Shown: positions 51,311-64,000 of the stretch, one piece after another
Layout: each line of letters begins with the position of its first letter
Numbering within the stretch: the stretch's first letter is position 1
Origin: Bigelowiella natans CCMP2755
Lineage: Eukaryota > Protista > Cercozoa
Assembly: GCA_000320545.1 (NCBI GenBank)
Contig: ADNK01000489.1
Location: forward strand, 124,001-188,000
Reading direction: 5' to 3'
Length of the DNA stretch: 64,000 nucleotides
The notes under the pieces: generated by a model
Seen by the model: only the letters and a program-made list of their open reading frames with translations
Told to the model about the DNA's origin: nothing
Database searches by the model: none
Position numbers and translations under genes: made by a program

Positions 51311-51740
51311 GCACGCATGCACGCACACACAGACGAAATACTAACAAAAGCTATCGTGGCAAGTACAAATTGCCAATTGGAATACCATCCATCCCCTGAA
51401 TAGAAACTAGACAGCAGCAGCAGCACTTAGTGATATAAATGGCTCTATTGTATGCTGCACTTCTGCTACTCCCCAGCTTCTAGAGCATACCATAAGGGAG
51501 ATCATCAGGAAAGCCGTGCCGGAAATGCGCTCTCGTCTGGTCGCAACAGAGGATAAGATGGAACGAAAACTTGAGGAGCAAGTTGGTATACTCACCAATT
51601 CAGTCGTCGCTCACATATTCTTCTTGAATTCTATCGTATTGACGTTATCTTATACCCAGCAATTAGCGCCTCCCAGTGCCTTGTGAATGTGTGCACTGGA
51701 AATAATAAAGCTACTCAGGTTTGTTGCTCCTTGTCAGATA

Positions 51741-51777
<37 letters not shown>

Positions 51778-51993
51778 ACACAAATGTGTGGGTATTATAC
51801 AGCTTTATTTCCTCCTCCTCCTCCTTCCTACTGTCTTCTTCTTCTTCTTCTTCTTCTTCTCCTTCTTCTTCCACCTCCTGTCGGTAATGAATCATGGTTA
51901 TCATCATTCAGGGTCGTGTATGGGAGCGTGTATTTCCCATACTCATCACCACAATGGTCACAGCGCCGTTAGAGAAGGATTCACTACTGGATG

Positions 51994-52028
<35 letters not shown>

Positions 52029-54554
52029 TTGCTGCTGCTCCTATATTCTCACACACCACCTTTTTATTACTACTCGATTGACGTAAGATCAAAGTAAAGT
52101 CATTGCTGCTGCTGCTGCTGCTGCTCTTGTTTCCATGCAGATTGCTTGCGGAGTCCTCCAGACGTGTACCGTGCACTCACCTGAGCGGTTGTGTTACCCT
52201 CCCCCAACCTCCCCTTACGTCATCAACTATATGTTTATTCATATCTGGTAAGCTTCGTTGTTGAGATCAGGGGAAGATTATGCTTTATGCACGCAGCTTG
52301 GCCGTCGTTTTCGCCTCCTCGTGTCTCCTTCTTCTTCTTCTTCTTTTTTTCCTCATTCTTCTCCTTCGTTTTGCTCTCCCTCTTCCAAATCAATCACAGC
52401 CTGAATGAACTAAGGATGGGCCGTGGAATCAAGGTCGTGGCGGTGTAGAAACCGACGACACACCATAAATAATAATGATGATGATGATTATCATGGTTGT
52501 TGTTATTATTATTGTTATGACGCAATGACGGATGATGATGATGATGATGATGATTGTGCCCCTCCCAAATGCATTGGTGAGAAAGCACCGATCAATCAAT
52601 CAATGACGACTTTCGTCATCGTCCTCATCAACAACAAACAGCTCCTAACGGAGATAGTAAGGCAGCAAGCTACTCGTCGAGCCAACAGCCATGATGGTGA
52701 TAATGATCATCATCATCATCATCATTTGCAACTGCTCTCCATGCCGTGGCCATCGTCCCAGGAAGACCTCCAAAATCTCTTCAATTCAAATGTACTACTA
52801 CTACTACTACTACTACCACTACTTCTCTACTACTGCCACACTATTTATCTGTATATGCACGTTATCATTGTTGTCGTAGTATTATCACTATTCTTCTTAT
52901 TATTATTAGTGGTAGTAGTAGTAGTCAGCAGTAAGGGGAGGAGCAAGGAACACGCCATGTAATCAACATGATCATCCTGCTCCGACATTTGCGGGTGAAC
53001 ATATGATGTTGTTAATGGTGATAAGATAACATATGGCATCATCTGCAAAATATAGAGTCTTGCTTGGACGTACCACACCCTCTCAAACTTGATCATATCG
53101 GAGTTATCGCCTCGATCGTCGGGCAATGTTACAACGGATAACAATAATGATAATGAGAATAGCGAAGACGTTACTCGCAAACCACCACCATCATCATCAT
53201 CATCGTCACACTCAATTCTTTGCCGCCTCTTCAAACGCCTATCAGTATCATCATCATCAACAACCTCTTCCTCCTCCTCCTCCTCAATCCAAACACCTTT
53301 ATCATCATCGTCGTCATCATCATCATCATCTAATGAGACGGAGAAGAAAGGGCAGAAGAGTATAAACGAGGAAGCTGTTCTCCTCCTCCTCGCCTACTCT
53401 GAGCTATTGATTCGAGATAAAGATGTGATTACAGCAATCTCCTCCTCCTCCTCCTCATCATCATCAGAAATGAAAGAGGGGGACGCTAAGAGACAGAGTG
53501 ACACAATAAGCCTGGGCCTGGAAGATTATGCGAAAGCCGTTGCAAGCTGGGTGGTTGCAATGAGGACAGAGATTAGCATTTCTCCAAAATGGGCCGCCGT
53601 GGATCTCAAGGTAGTAGTACCCTCTTTCAATTGCACGACTACCTGATGATCAAACGAAGGAGGAGGAGAAGAAGAAAAAGAAGAAGGAACGATAACAAAT
53701 AATGAAGACAAAATATGATTGGTCCTCCCCCGAATCCTTCACCTCTCTTTACATCGCATGATCAGCTTCTCTTCTAGACTATTCTTTTTCTCGCTCCTCT
53801 TCCTCATCGTTGTTTGCATTGCCACTCCTCAGAAACATTCTTTTTTCGCATGGGATCTTGATCTCCTTACCCCCTCCCAAAATCCTTGCCTCTTTTTTTT
53901 CCGGAAAAAATGAGTATCGATCCAATCCACCACCACCGATATATGTGTTTGATCAATACACGATGATATCGGTCGTCGTGTCTTGTTTGTGCGTGAAAAA
54001 CGTATCATCAGAGCTGTGGTGTGGAGACGACCGCGCACGAGTCACTAAACACACTGGTCCTTCATGCGGCCATTCGCCTCCTGACGAGCTTCATCACCGT
54101 GCTATCGAAGGCTTCCCGTACATCCTTAGCAACGACTGCAGGGTTCATCCCTGCGATCAAGCACTATTTCGCTATGGTTTCTGGATCCCGACCGGCCCCA
54201 AAGCTTGGGAAGGGAAAGCTGGAATTCAAGGGCTCTCCGTACAGGTTTCGCACTGATATTATCAGCCTGATGGCGAATCTGGCGACCTGCGGCAGAGCTG
54301 CTCAAACCTCGGTTGCGGAAAAGGGCGGGCTCGAGGCGCTCATGTCGCAGACTTACATCGACACAAACAACCCCCTCCAAAAGGAACACGCGATCTTTGC
54401 CCTTCGCAACTTGTGTGAAGGCAATGTAGACATCCAGAAACAGATCTCAAAGCTGCAGTATCAAGGGGTGTGCAACACTAAAGAGCTTGCAGAGATGGGG
54501 GTGAAGGTCAGCAATGCTTCCGGTAACGTGAAAATTAGTAAAAGCGACAAATAA
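50562..54554 (+). CDS. ATXN10: Ataxin-10 homolog (ARM-repeat), multi-exon; start approximate
   Basis: C-terminal Atx10 domain FRTDIISLMANL...GGLEALM..TYIDTNNPLQKEHAIFALRNLCEGNVDIQKQISKL.YQG. N-terminal LRVVRNLCVG motif. Confidence 0.85.
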
Positions 54555-54559
54555 ATCCA

Positions 54560-55140
54560 AGGCCACGCGCTTGCATTCTCATGCGCCTTTGTGCATTATC
54601 CTTCTGCAAATTACAATAATTTATTAATTTATCCAATATTATGCGATGCTAGCTAGCTAGGCAGATATGTACACTAGCCAGCTAGCTAGCTAGCTAGTAT
54701 TGTATCTAAATTGTTGTAGCCTTGGAGCTATTTTGCTAGTTTGTAGATAGAGTTGAAAAGCGTTCATTCCATTAGCCCGTCGAGACTACTAGCTAGCTAG
54801 CCTGTGCGACAGATGTAATGAATTGATGACATTTTTTCAATGGTAATTCTAATGTAGCAAAGTAAGCTAGCAAGGCACAACCATACTGCGCAGCGTGCAT
54901 AGCATGTAAGAATTTTTGCAAGCTTGCTAGGTTGTGCGGCAATCCATCAGTTCTACGCCGCGGCACACTTCTAATCGTGCGCATGTACGTGATGCGTGCT
55001 AGCGTGCAATGTAGCGCTGTGGGATAGACAGTGATGCTTTGAAGCGCATAACACGCGCGCGCTTTCAGTATGCTATTCTCCCAAAGTATAGACGAACAGG
55101 CTGCTATCCATCCTTCTTTGATATTCGACAAGGTAGTACA
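54560..55140. repeat. CpG-decayed intergenic island 6
   Basis: (GCTA)n/CTAG runs at 54647-54700 and 54787-54800. Inverted copy of the repeat core at 54801-54875. Confidence 0.7.
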
Positions 55141-55187
55141 TTGCTAACAGATATAATGCATGATGGATTTTGCTTAAACCTCCAAAT

Positions 55188-55383
55188 TTAAGATTTGCGG
55201 GAAGCATCGCTTTCATCTGAGACATCATTGCCGGCAATCCCTACCTGCGCCTCTTCATCTTTCTCATTTTTTGCTATCAAAAAGATAACACAGATTCATA
55301 AATTTCCATGCGTCTGAATATTCTCTTTCTATTCTCTCTCTCTCTCCCTCTTTAACATGCGCGCTCACACACTCACACACACG

Positions 55384-55436
<53 letters not shown>

Positions 55437-55934
55437 CATGATAGGCATACGAGAAATACAATAGCAATAGCGATGATGCAGAGGATTATTGTGAAGTGGT
55501 TAGCAACCTTGGGTCTTCGTCTTCTTCTGTGTTCACTCGATCACGGACGGACAGAGCAGCACCTGCACCATTGTTCACGCTTGTTCCTGACAAGTTTAAA
55601 AAATAGTGAGAATAATACCAGCATCTTGTGGTGAATAGAGGAGAGAGGGGGGGGTTTAAGTAGGTAGCAAGAAGTAATGGTGTTGCCTAATCCTTCGCAT
55701 TTGTCCTCCTCCTCATCATCATCATCATCATGATTTATCATCATACATACCACTTTCTCGCTGAGAGGCTATTCCAGCTTGCGAAGGAGCGTTCGAGACT
55801 AGTATAGAGGAGAATGTTAGTATTTCCAATATTATCATCAGCATCATCATCATTCTCCATCGTTGCTACATGATACTACTGATGATGATCACGGTATAAG
55901 CTATGCAGAAATTATATACATTTATATATTGATA

Positions 55935-55973
<39 letters not shown>

Positions 55974-55987
55974 CATATTAAAGTATA

Positions 55988-56021
<34 letters not shown>

Positions 56022-57291
56022 CATTGTAATATAAAGAGCATCATCATCATCATCGCCGTCTTGTCTTACGTATGTGGAGATAATTGGTTGATTTCATCAT
56101 TTGCACGAACCTGAGGAACAGAAGATAGTGTTGTTGCTGATGATGATCATGATGGAAAGAAGAATGGCATTCATCATCATCATCATCATCATCATCATAT
56201 CATTATCATCACAAGCTATTTGTTCGTCTTCTCTTTCCAAGATAAATATGGCTCCTCACTCAGCGTAAGAGATCTCGTTATTCCCTGTAGCGTCTCCCTC
56301 CTGTTGTTTCAATCAATATATCCATACATGGATGAAGATGATGACGATGATAGTGATGACGGTGATGACGACGATGATGATGGTATATGTGTGCTTGCGT
56401 GTATATCGATTGGCGATAAGGTATGAGGGATGTAGTGTACGTCTCTCTTTCTCTCCCTCTTCCACTTTACATATATAAATATGTATGAAATGGCGACTTT
56501 CAAAAGCTCCTCCACGTCAAACTTGTTCTTATCAGACCCCAGAAGATGCTGAGGAATATGAGAATCATGAGAAATATATCGCCAAGTAGTCGTACGTACC
56601 AGATGTACTACGAACGAGGAAGAATAAATAAAAACAAGAAGAAGGAAAATGACAAGAACTAGGGAGAACCTCCACCATTATTATTATTTTATTATTATTA
56701 TTATAATCATTATAATTGTAATTATTAGAATTAGAATAACTGCCAAGCATCGATGGTAGGTGAGATTCCTTCTCATACGTTTGATGGATGGATGGATGGA
56801 TGGATGGATGGCAGCACCAGTAAGAGTGAAAATGCTACACTACGATAGGACAACTACCATAACAACAGTAGTAATCATAATAATACCACCTGTATATCAG
56901 CGGCCGTGATCTTCCCATTCTTCGTGAAATCCATCGAATCGAAGAGCTTCCGCAGCACCTCCTTGTCGTCCTGCAACCAACCAACACAAACAAGAGCCAA
57001 CACACAACACCACGGAGAAAAGGGAGATAATCAGAAGAGAGAGGAGGGAACGTCGGGGACGACAAACACATGATGCAAGGAAGATACTAGGAAGTATACG
57101 GCGTGCGAGTGGTCAATTTCACTTATTATTCAGTGCTGTTCTTCTTCTTCTTCTTCTTCTTCTTCTTCTTCTACGATCAAGCGTTAGCATTCAATGAATA
57201 CCTCTACTACTACTACTACTACTACTACTACCACTACTACTGCTAGTACTACTGCTACAACTCTATTACTACTTAGTATTACTTACAACTC

Positions 57292-57326
<35 letters not shown>

Positions 57327-58451
57327 GCGAACAATCAACCTCCATGTCATCTCCAATTGCCGCAGCTAGGAATTCAGTGTAACTTATACGTCCTTTGAGG
57401 AGGAGGAGGAGGAGGAGGAGGAGGAGGAGGAGGAGGAAGGTGGGAAGACCAGTAAATAAGTAAAAGGAGAATATAAGAGCGACGATGCAACGATTAGCAG
57501 AACCTAATGGCACGCTACTGATGATCGCGATGATGATGATGATGATGATGATAGATAGATAGATAGAAAAGCTAGTAAGCACAGTGATGGATTGATTGAT
57601 CGATTGATCGATTGATTGATTAATTGATTGATTGTGGCGGCCCATCTGCGTTGTTGTTGTTAATGCCTTTTTTTCCTCATCATGTTCTTCTCACAACAAT
57701 TACAATGAGGAGAACCTTGTTGATTCACGTCGAGGGACTCAAATATAGCCTAATCGCAGAATATATAAATATGTATACATATGATGTATATTTACTGGTA
57801 ACAGGACAATCCACTTTCTATTTCATGAAAATCACGCAGAAGAAACGCAAGCTCAATCATCCTGCTACAAATAATAATAATAATTATCACTATCATCATC
57901 ATCATTCCTCCTCCTTCTCCTCCTCCGCATTTTTCCTCCTCCTCATCAACCATCACCACCACCACCACCACCACTATCAGCATAATATTAAAGAATAACA
58001 ATATACCTTTGCATCGATGGAGTAATTGTGTCGTGTTAGAGCAGCCTTCAGCTCGTCGCACGTTATGTATCCTGTATTTTCTGCAAGAAGGAAGGAAGGA
58101 AGGAAGGATGAATGAATGAAGGAAGAACCAAAAAAAAGCTTGAATCACAATATTTCAGGAATCAAATAGCAGTTGTCTGTCTGTCAGTCAGTCTGTCTGT
58201 CTTCTTCTCCATTTCTTCTTCTTCTTCTTCTTCTTCTTCTTCTTTCTTTGCCACCACCACCACCACCTCCACCTCCTCCTCCTCCTCCTCCTCCTCGTCC
58301 TTATTCTGATGAGACTGATGAAGAATACTACTTACACTACTACTACTACTACCAGAGTCCAGGGAGTCGAAGGTACTCTTCAGTTTTTCAATCTTCGCAT
58401 CTTGCTCATTGAACGCTCGCACCTGACAAGCAGGCATGTAAGTACACAGAG

Positions 58452-58485
<34 letters not shown>

Positions 58486-58597
58486 GAGCACTCCTACTAC
58501 ATTAGTCCTACCATGAGAACAAGTTTCTTCAACTTGCCACTATTTTGGAACGAGATCATACGATTCAAGGTTGCTCTGAAAGTAGACGACAGTCAAG

Positions 58598-58629
<32 letters not shown>

Positions 58630-58897
58630 GAAGCAACACTCGTTAGCTTTGCGTAGCTTGGGTTATTTCAAATCAGTACAGGAGAGCAGATGCATGGAAG
58701 TAGCAAGAAAAAACTAAGACGTCTCCTCGGTTTGGACAACAACAACAACAATAACAAGCACAACAACCACTCACTACAACAAAGACCTTTCCAGTTCTTG
58801 ATCTTTGGTGTCTTTTTCAATGTCTTCAAAGAACTTAGACTGTGGTCGGCGAAGGCGGTTACAAAGGAAGGGGAAGAAGAAGAAGGGGAGGGGTAGC

Positions 58898-58930
<33 letters not shown>

Positions 58931-59149
58931 CAGGAAATATGAACAAAACAGCGAGCACCAGCAGAGCATTATACAAGAAGGCCAAAACGAATATAAATCA
59001 TATGCTATACACTATTTATTGGACAACATCTAGGGTTCGGCGACGACGACATTATCAACGTGATGGAGAACACGATGGGCTGTGTTGTTGCTTCTCCTAT
59101 GCTGAATTGTGTTGGACTGCTATAGATGATGGGTGCTAACACACTTGTG

Positions 59150-59185
<36 letters not shown>

Positions 59186-59499
59186 ATTAATCAATCAATC
59201 GATCAATCATCATCAAGCGCTCATTATTCTTTCTCCTTCTCCTTCTTCTACCTTGAGGGCTTGTGCGCAAGACCAACGCTGATTAGGATTCACCTGCCAT
59301 CCAACAACAACATCGCCACAACAAATCAATAAGTACATGATTACAGTATGACAAACACACAGGCAAGGTGCTTTATCATCCTTGTATTAATGTAATTGCA
59401 TCATCCAAAAAAGGAATCAGGTAGTAGGCATCATCATCATCATCATCATCATCATCCTCAATTCTCAGAAACAACAACAACCAATCATCAGCTCACACA

Positions 59500-59537
<38 letters not shown>

Positions 59538-59937
59538 GCCACCTTGAGCAGATTGCTGATCAATTCCCTTGCATTCCTGCTCATGGTGTGTGGATACCGT
59601 ACCATGCCTTGCCTGTGTGTGTGTGTGTGTGTGGTTGTTGCGGTTGTGCACCAGCAGCGTCGTCGTCATCAATCATACAACATACCTTATAGCATGGTCC
59701 AGCTCGGCTTTATACTTGCCGTTGAAAGGGGGCTTTGATGCGATCAGAATGTAAGTCATTATCCCCAGAGCCCAGCAGTCGCATTTCTCGTCATATCTGA
59801 TGATGCAGTGGAGGGAGAGAGGGAGGGAGAGAAAGTATTCTTTGTGATCATAATAATACAAATACAGTTGAAAGAAGAAGAAGAAAGCAACGATGTGTCT
59901 TTCTTTCTCTGCTACCTACAACGAGCTAGGACAACGT

Positions 59938-59978
<41 letters not shown>

Positions 59979-60726
59979 AAATCATGATATCATCATCATC
60001 ATCATCTTATTACTACTACTACTACTCTTACTACAATCAATACGATATTGTTGTTGTTATTACAGCACCGAAATATCCCGACAACAGGCACTGGTACTAC
60101 TACCTTCCATCAAGCACTTGAGGAGACATGTAATATGGTGTTCCGCATATGGTCTACCCGCGGTTAGTTAGTCCGACAGGTGTTAGACACGAATACGAGG
60201 AGGAGAAGGTGGAGGAGGGAGAGGAGAAAGATAGAGAGAGAGACTTTAGAGACAATAGTGATTTGATCACATCACCAAGAAACATATCATGGCTGACTGT
60301 GTGTACTACTACTCATGGGGGGGGGTTCATACTATCGATATGATGATCAATCACACTTTTGAGGTCAATGTGTGCAGTATGGTGGATCATAATATATGAG
60401 TGCAGAATATGGGATGGCAATATCGTTCCTCCTCCAATCGTCTGAAATCATCATCATCGGAGAATTGTTGTTGTTCTTGTTGTTACCTTCATGTTCCGTT
60501 TCCTCTCAGCCTTCGTTTCTTTGATCTTGGCCTTTTTATTATTTATTTAGAGGTTGTATGCGGGAGGATTTCTTGTCAACTTTTAATACGACTACACGTG
60601 CATAACAGGCCTGCATGCTGCAAAAAGAACGATTTTGTTTTGTTGGATGACAGCAGTAGTGCGAGTAGTGCAATGATTCTTCCTTGATCAGTCGCCATGA
60701 CCTTTATACTCGTATGTATGTATCAC

Positions 60727-60772
<46 letters not shown>

Positions 60773-61049
60773 AGGAAGGTCCAACAATCATATATCCCCC
60801 ACCATATATACCCACCGTATCGCCGCCGGGTATAAGGTCCACGCTATGTACTTTCTTTCCAATTCCGAAGTCAATTACCTGTAAAGGTGTTTGTTCATGT
60901 TTTCCCTACTACTACTACTACTGCAGTATTCGTGAAAGGAAAAATGGGACAACGACGACTGATGATTACGTAGTAATACACGACAATAACATGGTGGTCT
61001 GCCTGCCTGCCTGCTGCCCCATTAAAACTAGCTTGTTGTCTTCTTGCAT

Positions 61050-61116
<67 letters not shown>

Positions 61117-61692
61117 CCCCTCCCATTATAATTTTGCAATTGTTCTCTGCTTTAGAATACCACCACCCCTCTCATCATCAGTATCATCATCATCATCATC
61201 ATCATCATCCCTCTCCTTCATCTCTGCTTCTTCTCTGTTGATATTAATCAAATCGTAGTAGGTCTCTCTCTTCTTTTCCCTTGTTCTTTTCTTCTTCTTC
61301 TTCTTCTTACGATAATGTCGTCAAGCTTGTCTGTGGACGTGAACACAAAGTTTTCCAATTTGATATCCCGATGACAAATGCCCTGAGCAGCAGCCAGAGG
61401 AAGGTAAGTAAGATCAACGAGAAGATCAAAGTAAGCGTGAAGAACGAGGAGATCATGCTCCTCCTCCTCCTCCTCCTCTTAATGTCAAAGAGTGTAGCAG
61501 TCGCATTATAAATTGATGATGGATGTCCGTTGTTACTGTTGTTGTTGTTGTTGTCTCACTTTGCTATGGCAGTATGCAATTGCTTGGACAATCTTTCGCA
61601 TGACGATTGCGACCTGACAGCAGAGGGGGGGAGGAGCAGGGCCAACGAACGATTAGTTTTGTGAGGTAGTAAAGTAGTACAGATTTATGCGT

Positions 61693-61727
<35 letters not shown>

Positions 61728-62931
61728 CCACCGACCTCCCTCTCGGTCTTCAAGCGGACCTTACCAAGATCCTACAACCGAACAACAACAACAACAACAA
61801 TAATAACAACAACAACAACAACAGCATTCCTCTTATCGGTCTTTTATGACTTTTTTTCTTCGTATAACTTATTTTTCTTATTATTCGTTGAAATATTCGT
61901 GTAACTTGCCTTTCCCAAAAGCAGCTGCATGACGAGGTACCTATGAGATAATAATGAGTAGTTCACTTTGAATGATGATCTCTTCCTTCTTCTGATGTCG
62001 CTACTACTACTACTGCTACTACTACTACTACTACTTACTACTACTTACATCTTGCTCCCTTGTTCATACACTTCGTATAGACGAACGATGGCTGGGTGAT
62101 CTAAGCGCCGTAGCAAATCAACCTAACAAGTGGAAGTGGGGAGGAAGTAATTAACAGATAATCATAGCATCACTGTTCGCTTTATGACCCTACCCCTACT
62201 ACTACTACTGCTACCCCCTCCCATGTCTTGCTCTATGCTACGACGCGTGTACAGCCAGCAACCTCATTCTTTAGTTCTCCCAGCTGGGCTGGATCGAGTT
62301 TCCGCTTGTTGATACTTTTTATTGCGAATCTGCCGATTGGAAAGGTCAGTGGCGAATGGATTTATGAAGGAACAGAGACAATATGTGCAAAGAGCGCAAT
62401 AATATCTTCCTCCTCCTTGTGTACGTACAAATTTGTTCGATGTCGACCATCGTTCAGCACACCTTTTCTTCGTTTCTCTGTGGGTAGCGATATGCACCTG
62501 TTTGAGGAGGCATCATATCATCGAGTGTCAGCAGAAGAGGAATTGCTAGAATGGTTGGTATTAGAGGAATATACCGATCCTGTCATTCCTGCACCTAGAA
62601 GTTTCCCGCGCTGATAGATTTGCCACACGCCACCACTTTTGTTGGTCTTCATCAGCTAGGATACGAGGAGAGCATGGTTATTGTCACTTAACTTGTGTTA
62701 TGATGAGCTTGGAATCAGCATAAGGTAGAAAAGCTACTGTTCCCTCACCTGCTCATGAATCCCACCCCCACTTCCTGCAACGTTATCTGCAGCTTCCTTT
62801 GTACTCTTGCAGCCCATATCTGTTAATAATAATAGTAGGGAATCAGACAACACTTTCAAAGCAGAGAGCACAACATGATGATGATCAAAGTTATGACTTT
62901 TATTCTCCTCAGTTGAGTGGCAGCAGCCCAT
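55188..62931 (-). CDS. Calcium-dependent protein kinase (CDPK) with an acylated N-terminus and four EF-hand-like motifs (about 25 exons)
   Basis: LLGAGMTGS-V, FAIKSI, LDHPAIVRLYE, HRDIKLENF, IDFG, CGTPYYMSPQV, DCWALG and QRWSCAQAL; junction FQNSGKLKKLVL; EF loops DSENTGYITCDEL, DVNQQGRISYTEF, DFTKNGKITAADI and DATGNNEISYAE. One GC-AG intron (donor at 61909). Confidence 0.92.
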
Positions 62932-63329
62932 AAATTACAGTCTTCGCCCGATGGGGTGCTCTTTCCGAATCTATGTTTTCCTTTCTCCCGATCGATCTGA
63001 CCACCGAGGAGCATTCATCAAAACATGTATATTGCGGACATTTGAGCTCTAGTCAGCACACATGCCATTCTCTCATCATCATCATCATCATGAATATCAT
63101 CATCATCATCATCATCATCATACTCTTCACCAGGGCGGCGATCTTTCGGATTGTTGGTTCTTTCTTTACTTCTTAGCAGCAGCACCGGCCCTCGTGCCAT
63201 TTTCCATCAAAACGCCCTTGGATTTGTACCTGCGACTGCGATAAATTCGTTGCTAAATTTTGTTTTCGTCTACCGGTAATATTCTGCTTCGCAGACGGCA
63301 ACTCTCAGCGCAACGCAATGGGGTGTGTG

Positions 63330-63333
63330 TGTG

Positions 63334-63378
<45 letters not shown>

Positions 63379-63513
63379 TGTCATGCTGCAATTGTGACAT
63401 TCATGTGCCGATGATGATAAAAAAAAGTGTCCCATACACCCCCAGCCCCGCGCACACATTCATTTTGCCCCGTGAAGCCCCCCTATCACCCCCTCCACAC
63501 ATATACCCCAAAA

Positions 63514-63546
<33 letters not shown>

Positions 63547-63952
63547 GTAGCTCCATTACTAGAACTAGACATGGATGTTCGACGAAGTAATAGTCTGACC
63601 GATTGCTTTCTTCGGTGTTCTTTTTTGTTCTGTTCTCGTATGCCTGTATGCGTGTGGGTGGGTAGAGAACAGGCTAAGAGAAATATGGAATGGAACGTTC
63701 ACAAGTATACAGACATCGGAAGCTGATTGAAGACGCTCTGTGCGTAATTTTTTGAATGGCGTTTGCGTGAGTGGTGTTGTTTGTTGTTTGTTTACAAGTA
63801 CTTGAACGTGTGTGTGTGTTTGTGATGTACATGCTGCAATTATGGCATCAATGTGCCGATGATGATAAAAAAAGTGTCCATAGAATCAATCCTCTCGAGC
63901 GCATTCATTTTGCACCGTGAAGATGAAAACTTGCATCACCATCTGAGGCTTT

Positions 63953-63992
<40 letters not shown>

Positions 63993-64000
63993 GTAGCTCC
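63330..64000. repeat. Diverged tandem duplication with a period of about 447 bp, continuing past the window end
   Basis: CATGCTGCAATT...ATGTGCCGATGATGATAAAAAAA at 63382 and 63830; CATTCATTTTGC.CCGTGAAG in both; (CA)nGTGTAGCTCC ending at 63554 and 64000. Confidence 0.85.

Noticed and set aside
36729-62931. Three N-myristoylated proteins and two deconjugating proteases in one window, suggesting a functional cluster
   Set aside because: The genes are unrelated and interspersed with others; there is no evidence of co-regulation and chance is sufficient.
63380-63600. TGATGA...CTGA pairs suggesting box C/D snoRNAs
   Set aside because: The spacing is too long, a microsatellite intervenes, no rRNA-complementary guide was recognised, and TGATGA is ubiquitous here because of (GAT)n repeats.

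Overview
Intron-rich, microsatellite-laden eukaryotic nuclear DNA. It is most plausibly from an alga with a secondary green plastid such as a chlorarachniophyte; this is inferred from a FLU homolog carrying a signal peptide plus transit peptide. The ORF track misses most genes because they are split into short exons, so I assembled them by hand from splice sites and protein motifs. About 16 genes are present: SPATA17 (-), an H2A-like histone-fold/deoxynucleoside-kinase-like fusion (+), DNAJC8 with an extra SH3-like module (-), two hypotheticals, a PPR-like protein, a membrane protein with a KH-like tail, an intronless bacterial-type GST YghU, a Tudor/Agenet-OTU deubiquitinase, FLU, two ankyrin paralogs, a HAM1/ITPase-like protein fused to an unknown His-rich domain, a PPPDE(DeSI)-PITH fusion, ataxin-10 and a CDPK. 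Three observations stand out. (1) The histone-fold/kinase fusion has a macroH2A-like layout. (2) Every convergent (tail-to-tail) gene junction carries a 0.5-1.1 kb island dense in CTAG/CATG/TGCA, the expected residue of CpG methylation-deamination, while divergent junctions do not. (3) The HAM1-like fusion has a well-formed domain that I cannot assign to a named family. Exon boundaries are manual estimates and no database searches were run.
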